Shown in pieces: positions 13,340 through 24,849 of a stretch of DNA of 64,000 nucleotides. The translations under genes were made by a program, and so were the position numbers. The stretch's first letter is position 1, and each line of letters starts with the position of its first letter. The notes under the pieces are model-generated. The model was not told the DNA's origin and searched no databases. It saw only the letters and a program-made list of their open reading frames with translations. This DNA comes from Moniliella sp. 'wahieum' (lineage: Eukaryota). The stretch spans positions 310,001 through 374,000 of the forward strand of contig RSEE01000054.1 in NCBI GenBank assembly GCA_003971905.1, read 5' to 3'.

Positions 13340-15480
13340 AGTGCCCAGCCTTGCATGCACTAGTTTACCATAAAGTTCTCTTCATTTAACTAGTGATTGC
13401 GTATAACCCCCGTACCAATCATGCAATTCAACCTGTTTGTAGAAATGGCAACTGGTATGCCATTGGCTCGCTCCTCAGTACAACAGTCTCTGTCCTTGCG
13501 GCGTTGAGCCAGGTCACCCAACCTCTCCAGAGTCAACTCGCTTGGCCTTCGACACGCGTGCTTCCCCTTTGTTTCGGTATTTGCTGGATGCATTTGCTGC
13601 CGGCGTCAATCAAGTCCTGGGATGTAGCATCACTTCTGATAGAAGAATTGAAGCGCTTCCCTCAGGAAACTTGGCTGCCGCTGCATCTGCGGCGCCAATG
13701 TGTCACGCCATCTCACACCTCTTCCTTGCTTGCAGGGCAGCAATAGATGTATGTCCAGCGCCTAGTATCCGCGGCTTGAGTAATCTGGATTCAGGAGAGG
13801 GAACCCCCGAAATTCAAGTGAACGGAGGAGGGGGGGGCGCACAAGAGACGAACTGGTTAGCCACGCATGCCCAGCCAAACAAGGCTTGGGACCGTCGATA
13901 GCGCCCTTCTTTCCCCTTGCAATCCCTTTCCACGACGTCTTCTTTGCCACCGGTCTAAACAGAAGCAGTCGAAGCCTGTATCATCTGTGCACACAGAGGG
14001 AGAAAGGAGGTAATGCGGGCATCATACAGGACGTGGGAGGGAAGGGCATGGGCCGAGGGAAGCGGTGACTTGCACCAGTGCTGGAATATGCCGTACTAGG
14101 GGGTGGCCGGTGGCCCGAGGGCAAAGAGGGGGCGAGGGGTGAGCTGCCAGAAGTGGCGGTGAGGGTAAGGGTAGGGCCACCGGAGACGTCAATAGAAGGC
14201 TACTACCCTCGTCGATTCTGCCCACAAGCACAAATAAACGCCCGGCATTCTTCTTCCGCCAAAGAAAGTTTTGTTGGGTGCAAGACGGAGCGGAGATGGG
14301 CCCTTGCATGCCTGCCACTGCCACCTCCTCTCTGTCCTCCCCGCGGACGCCGGATCAATACGCAGCACCGCCCTCCCGTTCACCCACCCCCTTGATGGAA
14401 AGCAGTGGCGGGCGTATCCCTTCCCACACCTGGCAGACTGACGAGCCAGTCGCAGTGGGATGTAGATTATAGGGACAGAAGTTGGTATAAAAGAAGGATG
14501 CGCTGCTACTATTACTATGCTGTGAGGCAGAGGAGCGCGGAAGGAGCAGAGCGGATATAGACCACTGCGTCCACAGCGCAGTGTTTGTCGGGCACATATA
14601 CGTGATGGCGCTGACATGAGACAGAAGGCTTGTGGTCACGTTGGATTCAGACGGGTCGCCGGATTGCAGAACGATGAGCGGGGGAGGGAGGGGGAGGCAG
14701 CAAGTGGCAACACGATGCCAAAAAGTGGTATTACTGTTGGGAGCGGTGACCAAGAATTGAGCCGCAGCGCCGGCATTCTTCTGGCTGCCGCCACAGCATC
14801 TCTGCCCCGCCGCAAGCGGCCCCGCGGGGCGGTGCAAAACATCGTGTGGCGAGGGCGTCCGAGGTGCAGGAGGCACCGTCGCCCAGCCTCCCCCGTCCAA
14901 ACAGCGGCAAGCGCCGGGCGTCGGTACCATGTAACGTGCTGGACCCCGCGTCCGTGCACGCCACAGCCTGCCACAGCACAGACCACCACCACCCTCACCC
15001 TGGCTGCCCCCACGCCGCCGCGCCCCCACTTCCCCGTGGGGTTCAGCTGAAGGCGGAAGTTCATCGCTCTCAGCACTTCAGCACCCAGCCGGAGCCCCGC
15101 GTCAGCGTCAGCGCCATTCGGCAGCAGGCAGCAGGCCGGCAAGCAGGCAAGCCCCGTGCCCCACCGCCCACTACGGCATCAGAGCTCACGCGTGAGCGCA
15201 CGCCCCGGCGGTCCAACGTGCAAGCGTCCCCAGCCGCCGCCGCCGCCCTCGCCTCAGCGGAGGTTGCCCTGGGCGGCCCAAACGGCGAGCAGGCGATGCA
15301 TGATGCGGGCAAGCGCGCGCCCAAGTGCTGCGCTGCCACGCGCAAGTCCCAAGCGAGTAGCAGGTGCGCTCCGTCGCCCCTGGCCGCCGCTGCCCCCCCC
15401 CCCCCCGTCCGGCGCAGGGGCTGCGTGGCTGTACCGCCCCCGCCATGCAGACTGCCCGCGTGCCGCCTCACCAAGCGCGG

Positions 15481-15489
15481 ATATATAAG
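15481..15489 (+). promoter_or_regulatory. TATA-like box upstream of the RpiB-family gene
   Basis: ATATATAAG in a very GC-rich context, about 85 bp upstream of the coding start. Confidence 0.45.
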
Positions 15490-15569
15490 CATCGCCACCC
15501 TCGGCCTCGCCTGCTGCTCCGCCCCCTTCTTTCCCACCGCATCCCTTCGTGTTGCTTCTCATCTCACCA

Positions 15570-16133
15570 CTGGCATCTCCACTCCACTGGAAGCTTGTTA
15601 TCGGCTCGGACGAGGCTGGGGTCGACTACAAGGCCATCCTCAAGCGGGACCTCGAGGCCGACCCGCGTGTGGTGTCGGTGGAGGATGTGGGGGTGAATGC
15701 CAGCACGGACAAGACGGCGTACCCTCACGTGGCCGTTGCTGCCGCCAAGAAGGTGGCCAGCGGAGAGGCGGATCGGGCTCTGCTCATCTGTGGCACTGGG
15801 CTCGGCGTTGCTATCTCTGCCAACAAGGTCCATGGCGTCCGCGCGGTGACGGCCCATGACTCGTTCAGTGTGGAGCGGGCGGTGCTTTCAAACGATGCGC
15901 AGGTGCTTTGCATGGGCCAACGGGTTATTGGCATTGAGCTTGCCCGGCGCCTCGTCAAGGAGTGGCTGGGATACAAGTTTGACCCCTCCTCTTCTTCGGG
16001 GCCCAAGGTGGAGGCCATCAAGTCATACGACTGTTGTACGTTAGCTCCCCCTCGCCCCTCTGTATGCCAAAAGGTATCGCATATGAAGAGCCTCGGAATG
16101 CTAACTGCCTGCTCGGGGGTGAATTTGACAGAA
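15570..16133 (+). CDS. RpiB/LacA/LacB-family sugar-phosphate isomerase (ribose-5-phosphate isomerase B-like)
   Basis: Motifs [63 protein letters not shown]. Intron 16036-16131 (GTACGT..GCTAAC..ACAG) completes a T|AA stop. The start reads CTCACCACTGGCA, so the ATG is probably broken by an extra C. Confidence 0.92.
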
Positions 16134-16900
16134 TCAAAGGCTGGCTTGGAGGAAAGACGAATGAATGGCCTTGGCCGCATGTCCTGTTGATGCGGTTGTG
16201 GTGTAGAGCAGGTGACTCTTCGAGACATGCACAGTCTACGAGAGAAAGGGCTGGCCAGTTGGCCACAACGAGTGAGAAAGAAGTTACCAAAGGGGTGCAA
16301 AGAGCGAAGCGAGCCAGGAGTGGAAAGACGGAGCCTTACCTCTGCAAAGAAGGGAGAGAAGAAAAGAGAAAAGGTGCGCATCGCCCCGCATGACCTACGT
16401 GTACCGCGAGCCAAGGACCGTGATTAATGAGACAGCATACCTGCTGTGAGAGGTCCTGGGTAACATTCAAGTCGTAGGAACAAATTCCAACTCGGTGTCT
16501 ATAGCACAGCCACGGTTTCAACCATACACTTTGCTTTCGTCTAGTCCGACAGCCCAGTGCCTCGTGCTCATCGACAAGCACGCTCAGATTGGTCTCGAAC
16601 CCCGTGCCCTGTGCCGTTCCACGCGCATCAGTATGTGCAGGTGTGGTGTCATATGTTCTCTCTTGAGCACATCATGACTTACACCTACACCCAGTCTAAG
16701 TGTGGCGTATTACACGAGTCGGTGTGGGAGCCCATCTTGCAGCTCGTGCCCCACCTCCACAACGAGCCCAGGGGGGGGTGCACGAGCGAACTGCAACGCC
16801 TTTACTGGAGCGCCGGGAGATGGAGCTGCTTTGACTGCTGTAACAAGGAGAATGCGACAAGATTGCCAAGTATCACGGGTGCACCCAAGAACCCTTCTTT

Positions 16901-17457
16901 TGTCATGGGGGGGTCCCGAGGTGGGACCCCCCCTGTAGTTTAGGGATATAAACCCTTGGACAGATCAATCGGTGGCTGGTACGCTAGGTCCTGCTCCAGA
17001 TCCTGGTTGAACCGAGCGGGTGTAGAGCTAGGGAGAGACCCTCTAGTTTGGGTGGCTGCCTGCGTGCAAAGGCCGCAGTCCAGACCCTCCGAGGTAGGAG
17101 CCGTGTACGTAGGTCGTTAAACCAGCTGAAGGGGTCCAGGAGCTCCGGAATTACTCTGTTCCTCGCAGCGTTACCACACTTGGTACGCTGTAGCTGGCGG
17201 GAACAGACAGAGTCCTAAAGAAGAGCAAGCGCTACTGCTGAGAGTAACCGCGGCTTGCAGTGCACTCGTCGTAAGTCGTAAATTCGTAAACGTAAGGGTG
17301 GTAGAAGGTGAAAGGGCGAGAGAGGAACTGGTAGTCGGGGAGACCAACGGTAAAATAGACAGGATGGTCGACAAGGACCACAGCTAGCAAGCCTTAGACA
17401 TGGCTGCTTATATACAGCAGGAGGAACCAGGCCTCAAGTGCCTCAGGCCTCATGACA
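16901..17457. mobile_element. Solo-LTR-like element (557 bp)
   Basis: Begins TGTCATG and ends CATGACA (TG..CA with 7-bp inverted ends). Minus-strand TATATAAG near 17410 and a strong hairpin at about 16908-16932. No target-site duplication and no internal retroelement ORFs seen. Confidence 0.5.
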
Positions 17458-18072
17458 GGTATAGACAGAATGCGAGGCACTTCCCAGAAAGGTAAAAAGA
17501 CTAATGCACAGCCCTTGCTTCCCAAGGTGCTGACGCGGCGCAGTCGGGCGGAGCAGGAAGGGTTCTGACAAGACTGGACGCAATAGGCACAAAGCATCGT
17601 ACCGATAAGCCCATGCGGCCATGGCGGGCCGCGGATGATATCCGCAGCAAGGACAAGGTGTCGACTGGCTCTCTCTCGCTAATCTAACCGGACTGACGCA
17701 TGTTGGGCTGATATGTCTATGACATGCGGGGCTCAGCGTCCGGAGATAACCGGAGCGCCCCGTAACATCTTTTCTCTGGTTATATGACGACACGAGGATA
17801 CTACGCCACCAAGACGGCGAGCAAGATGTTTTGGGGCGCAGGAAAAAATGAAGTGATGAGTCGAGATGGTAGACCACTGGAGGTCTACCACACTCCATCG
17901 TGCCCACCTTTGCTGCCTCCGGTTTGGAAGCGAAGGGCGGACCCAAGATGGTCATAACCTGCTGGCAACTTAGCTGGCGGAGCGCAACTTGTAATCAGTC
18001 TGAGTGCATTATAGCGGCAAGGAGGAAAAGCAGGGTGGCGAGGCTAGTTGTGTTGCCTCTCGGCCAGCACAA

Positions 18073-18169
18073 GGCAATGTGCCCGAGCGGTTAAGGGGAT
18101 TGATTCGAACGTGAGTTTGCAATTATCAATTAGGCTTCGCCTGCACAGGTTCGAGTCCTGTCATTGTCG
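18073..18169 (+). tRNA. tRNA-Ser(CGA) with 15-nt intron
   Basis: Acceptor stem GGCAATG/CATTGTC, D-loop GAGCGGTTAAG, anticodon stem ATTGA/TCAAT with loop TT-CGA-A, intron 18110-18124, long variable arm, T-arm ACAGG-TTCGAGT-CCTGT and discriminator G. Confidence 0.95.
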
Positions 18170-18177
18170 TTTTTTTT
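18170..18177 (+). terminator. Pol III oligo-T terminator
   Basis: T run directly after the tRNA 3' end. Confidence 0.8.
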
Positions 18178-18684
18178 GCACAGTACAGGTGAACGTCGTG
18201 CGGTATCTCGAGTTGCGTGATCCCGACGGGGAGGCAGGAGTCAGATCGAGTCAGATCTGTCTGTGACCGTACACGGCTACCGTCGACGATATTGGTGCGC
18301 CGGGGGAGGATCATCGATCATCATAAAGCATCACACATCAAGCGCCCTACCTTCGTGCAGGCTGAGATCAGCGCCAGCCTTGACCTCAAGCTGCTGGTTC
18401 AAGATAAAAGGCGGCACGCCTGTACCTCCCCTCCTGATGGTGCTTCACCTGGGTTTTCTCTAACCCACCACCATCCCTCCTGTTTGCATGCCTGCCAGGC
18501 TGGCCATCCTTCGCCGCAAACCGCTCAGTCTCCCCTTACCACCCCTACCGCAAGCGCCGGTTTGTCGCACAGTGCTTCCAACCCCGCCTCCCCCCTCCCC
18601 CCTGCGCCCTCGTCCATCACTGCTCGCTTCCAGCTCCCGCAGGTGCCGCCGCCGGCATCGGCCGCGTTTGCCTCTAAGCAACGC

Positions 18685-19283
18685 ATGGCTGCCCGAGTTG
18701 CGCGAGACTTCCGTTCCGACACACTAACGGTGCCCAGTGACGAATCCATTGCTGCCATGGCGGATGCGTCGCGTGGAGACGATGTGTATCAGGAAGATGC
18801 GACTACAACTGAGTTTGAGGCCAGCTGGCTGCCTTGGTTGGTAAGGAGGCTGCCCTTTTCTGTACCAGTGGCACAGTCAGTAACCAGCTGGCCATTCGCA
18901 CCCACCTCACCCAGCCCCCCTTCAGTATCCTCTGCGACATGCGTGCCCACGTCTTTGTCCATGAAGCGGGCGGGGCAGCCATGCTTACTGGTGCTCACAC
19001 CATCCCTGTACTGGCCGAGACGAATGGCCACCACCTGGTATGGGAAGACCTAGAATCGAAAGTTGTTGCCGACGACGGTGATGTTCATGCCGCCCCTACA
19101 CAGCTCGTGTGTCTGGAAAATACCCTCAATGGCACCATTTTCCCCCAGGAGGAGATCGTACGGATTGGGAAGGAAGTGCACAAGCGGGGTATCAAGCTCC
19201 ACCTGGACGGTGCCCGACTATGGAATGTGGCAGCAGAGACGAACACGCCGCTGGCTGAGCTTTGTGAGCCCTTCGACTCGGTC
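18685..19283 (+). pseudogene. GLY1: Low-specificity L-threonine aldolase (GLY1-like), 3'-truncated
   Basis: Reads DFRSDTLTVP, GDDVYQED, GKEAALFCTSGTVSNQLAIR, AHVFVHEAGG, LENTLNG, LHLDGARLWN, CEPFDSV. Homology then stops just before the expected S-x-C-x-SKGLG PLP-lysine motif, and I found no continuation in the window. Confidence 0.8.
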
Positions 19284-22200
19284 AACCCTAGGCCGTTTCT
19301 GCCATCGCCCCTCGGGCATACGCGTTGTGCAAGAAGGAGATTGTTCGACGCGAAGGCCAAAGCAAAGCACCAACGTACAATCCTTGTGCAACGGGTGTCT
19401 AGCTCTGTTCCCTCGGTCTTCCTTGAGGGTGATTACGCCTGTGTTTAGTCCAGGGCTGCTTTTGGCACACTGCCAGTGGAGAGCAAGCATTGGTTGCCAT
19501 TCCTTATTCGCCTTGCCGCTCGGACTCTTGCCTGTGCGAGCAATGGTATGCCTGCCGACCATGTTGCAAAACCACAGCCTCGGAGCCGGGCTAGGCATTT
19601 GCGGTGGTTTGGCTGCTCAAGAATACAAGACGAGCAAGGTGTGTATCCGCAGAACGTTCTGGCCTCTACTTTGGCCACGAATGGGTCCAAGGCACTCTTG
19701 GTGTATGACTCCTCGGCTAGTATAGCAGTGCGTCCAGTCAAACTGGTGTGGTGGCCTCGTTTTGCTCTGAAATTGGGCGTAAGGAGGTGGCTCGAGCCAC
19801 CAACCTCGCCATCAGGATGGTACCCCAAAATGGTGAGGTCCGTTGCCGACCCCGTTCCCGTCACGCCGCCAATTGCCCAAGCTGGGCCGAAAGTAGCCAG
19901 CCAGCGTAGCGGGCCGGGCGGCCAGGCGCACCCTAAGACCTCGTGAGCTGGACGGGATGAAGCGTTGTGTCGGTCGTCCTTGCTTGAGGGGCATGTTTCT
20001 GTGATGGTCGGCTCTGGCTCGCGACGTGAGGGACCGTACTCACGGGTTCCCTGGGTTTTCTTCGTACGTTCATCCCCTCAAACAGCCGGTCGGCATGGAA
20101 TGCATGAGAACCACACCCTACCCGACTGTTGTTCCTCTGGTCTATGCCCTCGCTCGAACGAGGCGATGGTGCGTAGTCGGATGTCGATCCCGTCTCTGGG
20201 CGGGATGTGGGTCGGATGCAGGGCGGGAGGGGCCAGCTGGTGGTGGCAGGAGACGCAGCCCGAGCGGTGCTTACCGAACCGGTTCGTCTGGGCGATACAG
20301 GCGGCGGGGGTCACCGGTCACCGGTCACCGGTCACCCGAGCAGGACTGATTGCACGATTGAAACTTAAACGACTGTGGGGGTGAACCAACAAGCGATGGC
20401 GCCTCCTGACACGGCCAAGTGAACTGATTCCTTCTCCATCTCTCCACCACCTCCTTCTTATCCGCCTTGCCCACCGCCTGGAGATCGTGGCGAATCGTGT
20501 GTCCTGCCGTTATGAGGGTGCCCGCGTCCGGCGGGAACTCGCGTAACACCGACAGCCGCTACGCCAGGCAGTCGTGCGCTCAGCCCAAAACTTGCCACCG
20601 AAGCGGACAACCTGGCAGTTCTGATTCAGATCCATTCGAGTGATGGAGCGCAGCAGCCTGGCGGCCGGCCAGCGCGATGGTGCCGCTTCTATCCAAACAG
20701 GCCGCGAGTTGCTTGGGAACTGCCTATCCAGGTCATCGACGATCGCGATGCGTTTAACCTGCTTGCTCCTTCCGAAGGCGGGCTGGCAGGGAGGCTCCTC
20801 GATCGACGTTTGCGTCTCCCTCAGGGCCGATCCCGAGGGGGCCTGGCCACCAGCGATCGATGATTTTCCGCGTGCGCACCGCTAGGTCAAAGCAGGCGTC
20901 CTAGGTCGGACGGCGCGTCCGCCGCGTCCCAGGACGCGGCGGTGAGGTTGGGCCACAGGCGGCTCTGCGCCTCGTTGCACGGGTTACCGCTGCGGGATCG
21001 TCTGTTTTGGTGCGGGGGTTATGGAACCGAATATTCGACATCTGCCCCGTTCAATGAGAGAGGAGGATCTGGCGGCTCAGCTAGAGCGATGGGCGAGTAG
21101 CTCTGGCGTGAAGTGAAGGCAATCCGGGAGGGGCGGATCCGAGAGTGATGCGGCTGGTCAGAGGTGGGACAAAGCTCTTTCTCTTGCAGCCCGTATGGGT
21201 GGCTTAGGCTTCGAGTGCCAACAGTGGTGGTATTCCGGTTGCTTCTATTCAAGGCACTGATAAGACGGGGTTGGATTGGTGCCTTCCATTGCAGTGGGCT
21301 GCTGGTATCCTGATGCGACTGGGCTCATATCGCACCTGTCTCCCGCGGTGGTGCTGCGGCCAAGATGGTATTGACGCTTCCATCAAGGCACTCTGTGAGG
21401 CGGTGGGGCATCTCGTCGATCCACTTTTGGTTCCTGTTCGCATGCGACAAGCCTATGGCACCACCGCGTTCCTTTCTGTCATACGGCAGCGCCGAAGGGC
21501 GAGACGTGCCAATACAGTTTCCCTCTTTTCTGCGCCACGTTGGCACTGCTACTACATCCACTTGCTGTTCATCATGTATGGAACCACCCAACCCTTGTTC
21601 TCCAGTGACGTACTGACCAGGCCGCCAAACAGGTACCAATACGCTAGGCGCAGGACAATAGCCGATGGATGAAGCAAGTGATCGCCACTCTATATCAGCG
21701 GCATTTCCTCCGCCGCAGATCAAACACTCTCCAGGCAATGACAAGCCCGATGGTGGCGGGGAAGGTTGGCCAGGACGCGCGTCTACGGTGACCGGGGGGT
21801 GGGTGATGAGAACACCAGACAGGCGTTGCAAGATATCGATGACCATTAGGAAGATGTGGGTCGAATCTTGGCCAGCTTCTGCCGCGACCTGATGCCGAGG
21901 AAGACGGGGTTGCGCACTGCAGATCGCCTCGCGCAAGCCAAGGAATGTGGGTCAGTCATGCGGGTGTCGACCTGCGGGATGAGAAGCTGAGCTGGTGCTG
22001 ACTGTCCCTCGTGATGTGCTTGGTCGTGGTGCCGCCTCGCTGGGCTTACTGACCTAGGTTAGGCCCGGTGCGCCATTTGGTCGGTGTGCACGTGGTTCAT
22101 GTTCTCTGCGGGGGCCCAAGTTGCTGACATTTCGCATTGGTGGGTAGTAGGCTGTTCGACCCGTCACCCGCACCACCAGCACTCTTTGGAGGGTATGTAG

Positions 22201-23658
22201 GGCCCCCAAAACGGCGAGGCTGACCCAAGGTCCCTTCCCATCACGGCCTGGTTACAGAGCTGCGGTGGACGATGGCGGACCGAACCGAACGCGCATGAAA
22301 AGCCTGATGTGCCAGACGCAGAGCAAGGGTTAACTTGTTTCTGACGATCATGGTTGTGGGGCGTATTCGTTTGATCATTGGCTCTGGATTGTGTCGTGAG
22401 CGACCTTAGTGACAGCACTAACGGGTTGCCTGCGCATTGCTTCGTACGTCCATCCTCCCAAGCGGCCAGTGTGTGTAATGCATGAGAACCCTTAGAACGC
22501 GGCTTTTGCTTGGATCCACACTGAAGGGTGTGGGGGCAAGCGGATGATGGTATATAATAGTTGGATGGTCTATTCGGTGTCTGGACGCGATGGGGGCCGG
22601 ATCGGGGACAAGGAGGGCAGCTGGCGGTGGCAGCAGACGCCCGGCGAGTGTTTTTGCTTGTCGATGTGGACGGTGGAGGTCGCTTGCGTCGTGGTAAATT
22701 GCACGAATGAGAAGCAATGCAGTGGCTGGCGGTCGATTCGACCCCAACAAAGTGGGTAACCCGGTTGAGCGTCGAACGCCCACCACAGGTCCGTCTCCAC
22801 CATCGCCCCCTCCCACTCCATCCCCGCCAGTCCAACTCCTGCCGATCCTTCTCGTATTCCTTACCCATGGCATGCAATTCGGGGCGCTGTGGCACGACCG
22901 TGTGGCCCCCGGGCGTCATGCACAGACACGATGCGGGGGAGAACGCGCATGGCGGTGCTGGCGCACCGGAGGCAAGCTGAACCCGGGCCGCCGAAGCCGC
23001 TGACCAGCGGTCCTGATCCAACTCAAGTCGGCTCACCAACACCATTCCAAAAGCAGGGGCTGCAAGGCCGTGGACAAACCAAATCCATGCTGGACCGCCC
23101 CGAAAGTGTGGCCTCGCCGAGGGTGTAGAAAGGGGGGGACCATGACCATCTGTGGCTCACTCAGTGCCTCGCAACACCTATCTCCCAACTCCAGCCAAGG
23201 GAATACACTTGTCCACCCCTCATCCCTGTCTTCACCTCTCTTGACCCTCCATTACCCTCCTTTTCCCAAATCTTGAGCGAGTGGGCAGTCCAATGACACG
23301 TGGGGCACACCTGGGAATCTACAGTTCATCCCTACCGCAACACGCATCACCCCCTCCCTCATCCTGCACCGCGTTCTTGCCTCCAGTACATTTCCTGCTA
23401 CCCTGTTCTGACCACGACAGGTGAACGAGCATATGTGCCAGGCGAACGAGCATATGTAAGGTACTGCATCCGGATTGCCCCATGCATAGCTAATCGAAAT
23501 TTCTAGTCACAACGTTGCCGCCGATCTCGCCTCAAGGTGAGAAATTGATACCGTGAGTCTATGATTGAGAAGTGCCACAACCCTGTACAAGAAAAGCTTG
23601 CGCAAGATGGTCGCCAAGGTCGAGACAATCTATACCCGACAGCTTGGCCCCAGGTTAC

Positions 23659-23705
23659 CCCCACCTATCCCCCACCTATCCCCCACCTATCCCCCACCTA
23701 TCCCC
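23659..23705 (+). repeat. Tandem 11-mer (CCCCACCTATC) x ~4
   Basis: Directly visible in the left subterminal region of the transposon. Confidence 0.9.
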
Positions 23706-23767
23706 GGACAGTCCGCAGCCTTGCTGGCAGGCTGGTGGCAAGGCTAGCCACAGATATTTTCACTAGG

Positions 23768-23830
23768 CTGGCGGCTAGGGCGGTGGCTAGGGTGGTGGCT
23801 AGGGTGGTGGCTAGGGCGGTGGCTAGGGTG
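23768..23830 (+). repeat. Tandem 12-mer (GGTGGCTAGGGY) x ~5
   Basis: Directly visible in the left subterminal region of the transposon. Confidence 0.9.
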
Positions 23831-23984
23831 CCACGATGCTATCAGATCAGGCAGTGGATTATCTTTAAAAGCATGCATTGCCATGGTTGTTTAGACACAG
23901 AGACGTAGAGGAGCGCCAAGGCAACGGCAGGTTGTTCGAGGAGCCTCAGGACGGCGGCAACCACAGAAGCTTTGCCTTCGTCGT

Positions 23985-24724
23985 TTAATCGCAGACCAAA
24001 AACATCATGGGGACACGGAGATGATAGGGATCGAAGGGCAAAGATACAAGAGCCATACAACTTGCGGCGTGGGGACGAAGCGTCATCGCGTTCGAGAGGG
24101 AGAATGAGTCCCGCAACCATACGGCGAACGATGATCTGTGTGCAAGCCTGTATATGTTCCGTGGTCGTTTCCTCAGCACTTGAGCGCCTTCTCCGATCAT
24201 CCTGCTTAAAGGTGTTGTCAGTATATGGGCGGATAAGGACAAAGCGCAGGTACTGACCTGGCCGGGGAAACCGTCGCCGTCGACCGTCCGCTGGAAGCGC
24301 CCCCGTCGTTGATCTTCAACTCGCCTTCGGGAGGTATGACCGGCATCTTGGCGCAAATGATATCAGGCAAGGCTGTGCCGCCAGGCGTGGCCGACTCAGT
24401 TCCGGTGGCTGCGCACAGGCCAGTCAGGACGGCAGGCATCACAGCATGGGGGGCGTGGACGTACCGAGGTCGGGCGCGTGCACGGCAGGGGGGCGTCAGT
24501 GGGCGGCGATAGCAGCACACGTATTCATGGTGATTAGTACAAGCCGTGCACACGGCAACAGCTCTGTAGTAGTGTGTGGCCAACGAGAGAAGAGAGGCTG
24601 TGGTGGTGGCGGTGGTGGTGGTAGTCGAGAGGCAAGCGCATCGGCGCAGCTGCGTGCGGTTATAGGCGCAACCACGGTGGCCCACCGGTGGTCCACCCGC
24701 ATGGCGCCAGTGTTGCCCCCCCAC
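23985..24724 (-). CDS. Putative spliced gene of unknown function inside the transposon
   Basis: Minus-strand intron 24257-24205 (GTCAGT..TACTGAC..TAAG) joins ..KMPVIPPEGELKINDGGASSGRSTATVSPA in frame to SRMIGEGAQVLRKRPRNIYRLAHRSS... The ends are uncertain. Confidence 0.4.
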
Positions 24725-24849
24725 GCCACCGCCAGCTCAAGGCGCCCACCTGCAGCCTGAGCGTTTAGTATATATATAGATTTTTTTAAGCTACGCACTT
24801 GAGATAGTCGTGACAGCAGCTATATACAGCACGATACTCCAGTCCAACC

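Noticed and set aside
16905..16945. GC hairpin as a Helitron 3' end
   Set aside because: No CTRR terminus at the expected distance on either strand.
19284..19292. AACCCTAGG at the aldolase breakpoint as a telomere-addition scar (also CTAGGG repeats at 23770 and CCTAACCCTA at 43195)
   Set aside because: Single or imperfect units only, expected by chance, and no (TTAGGG)n array.
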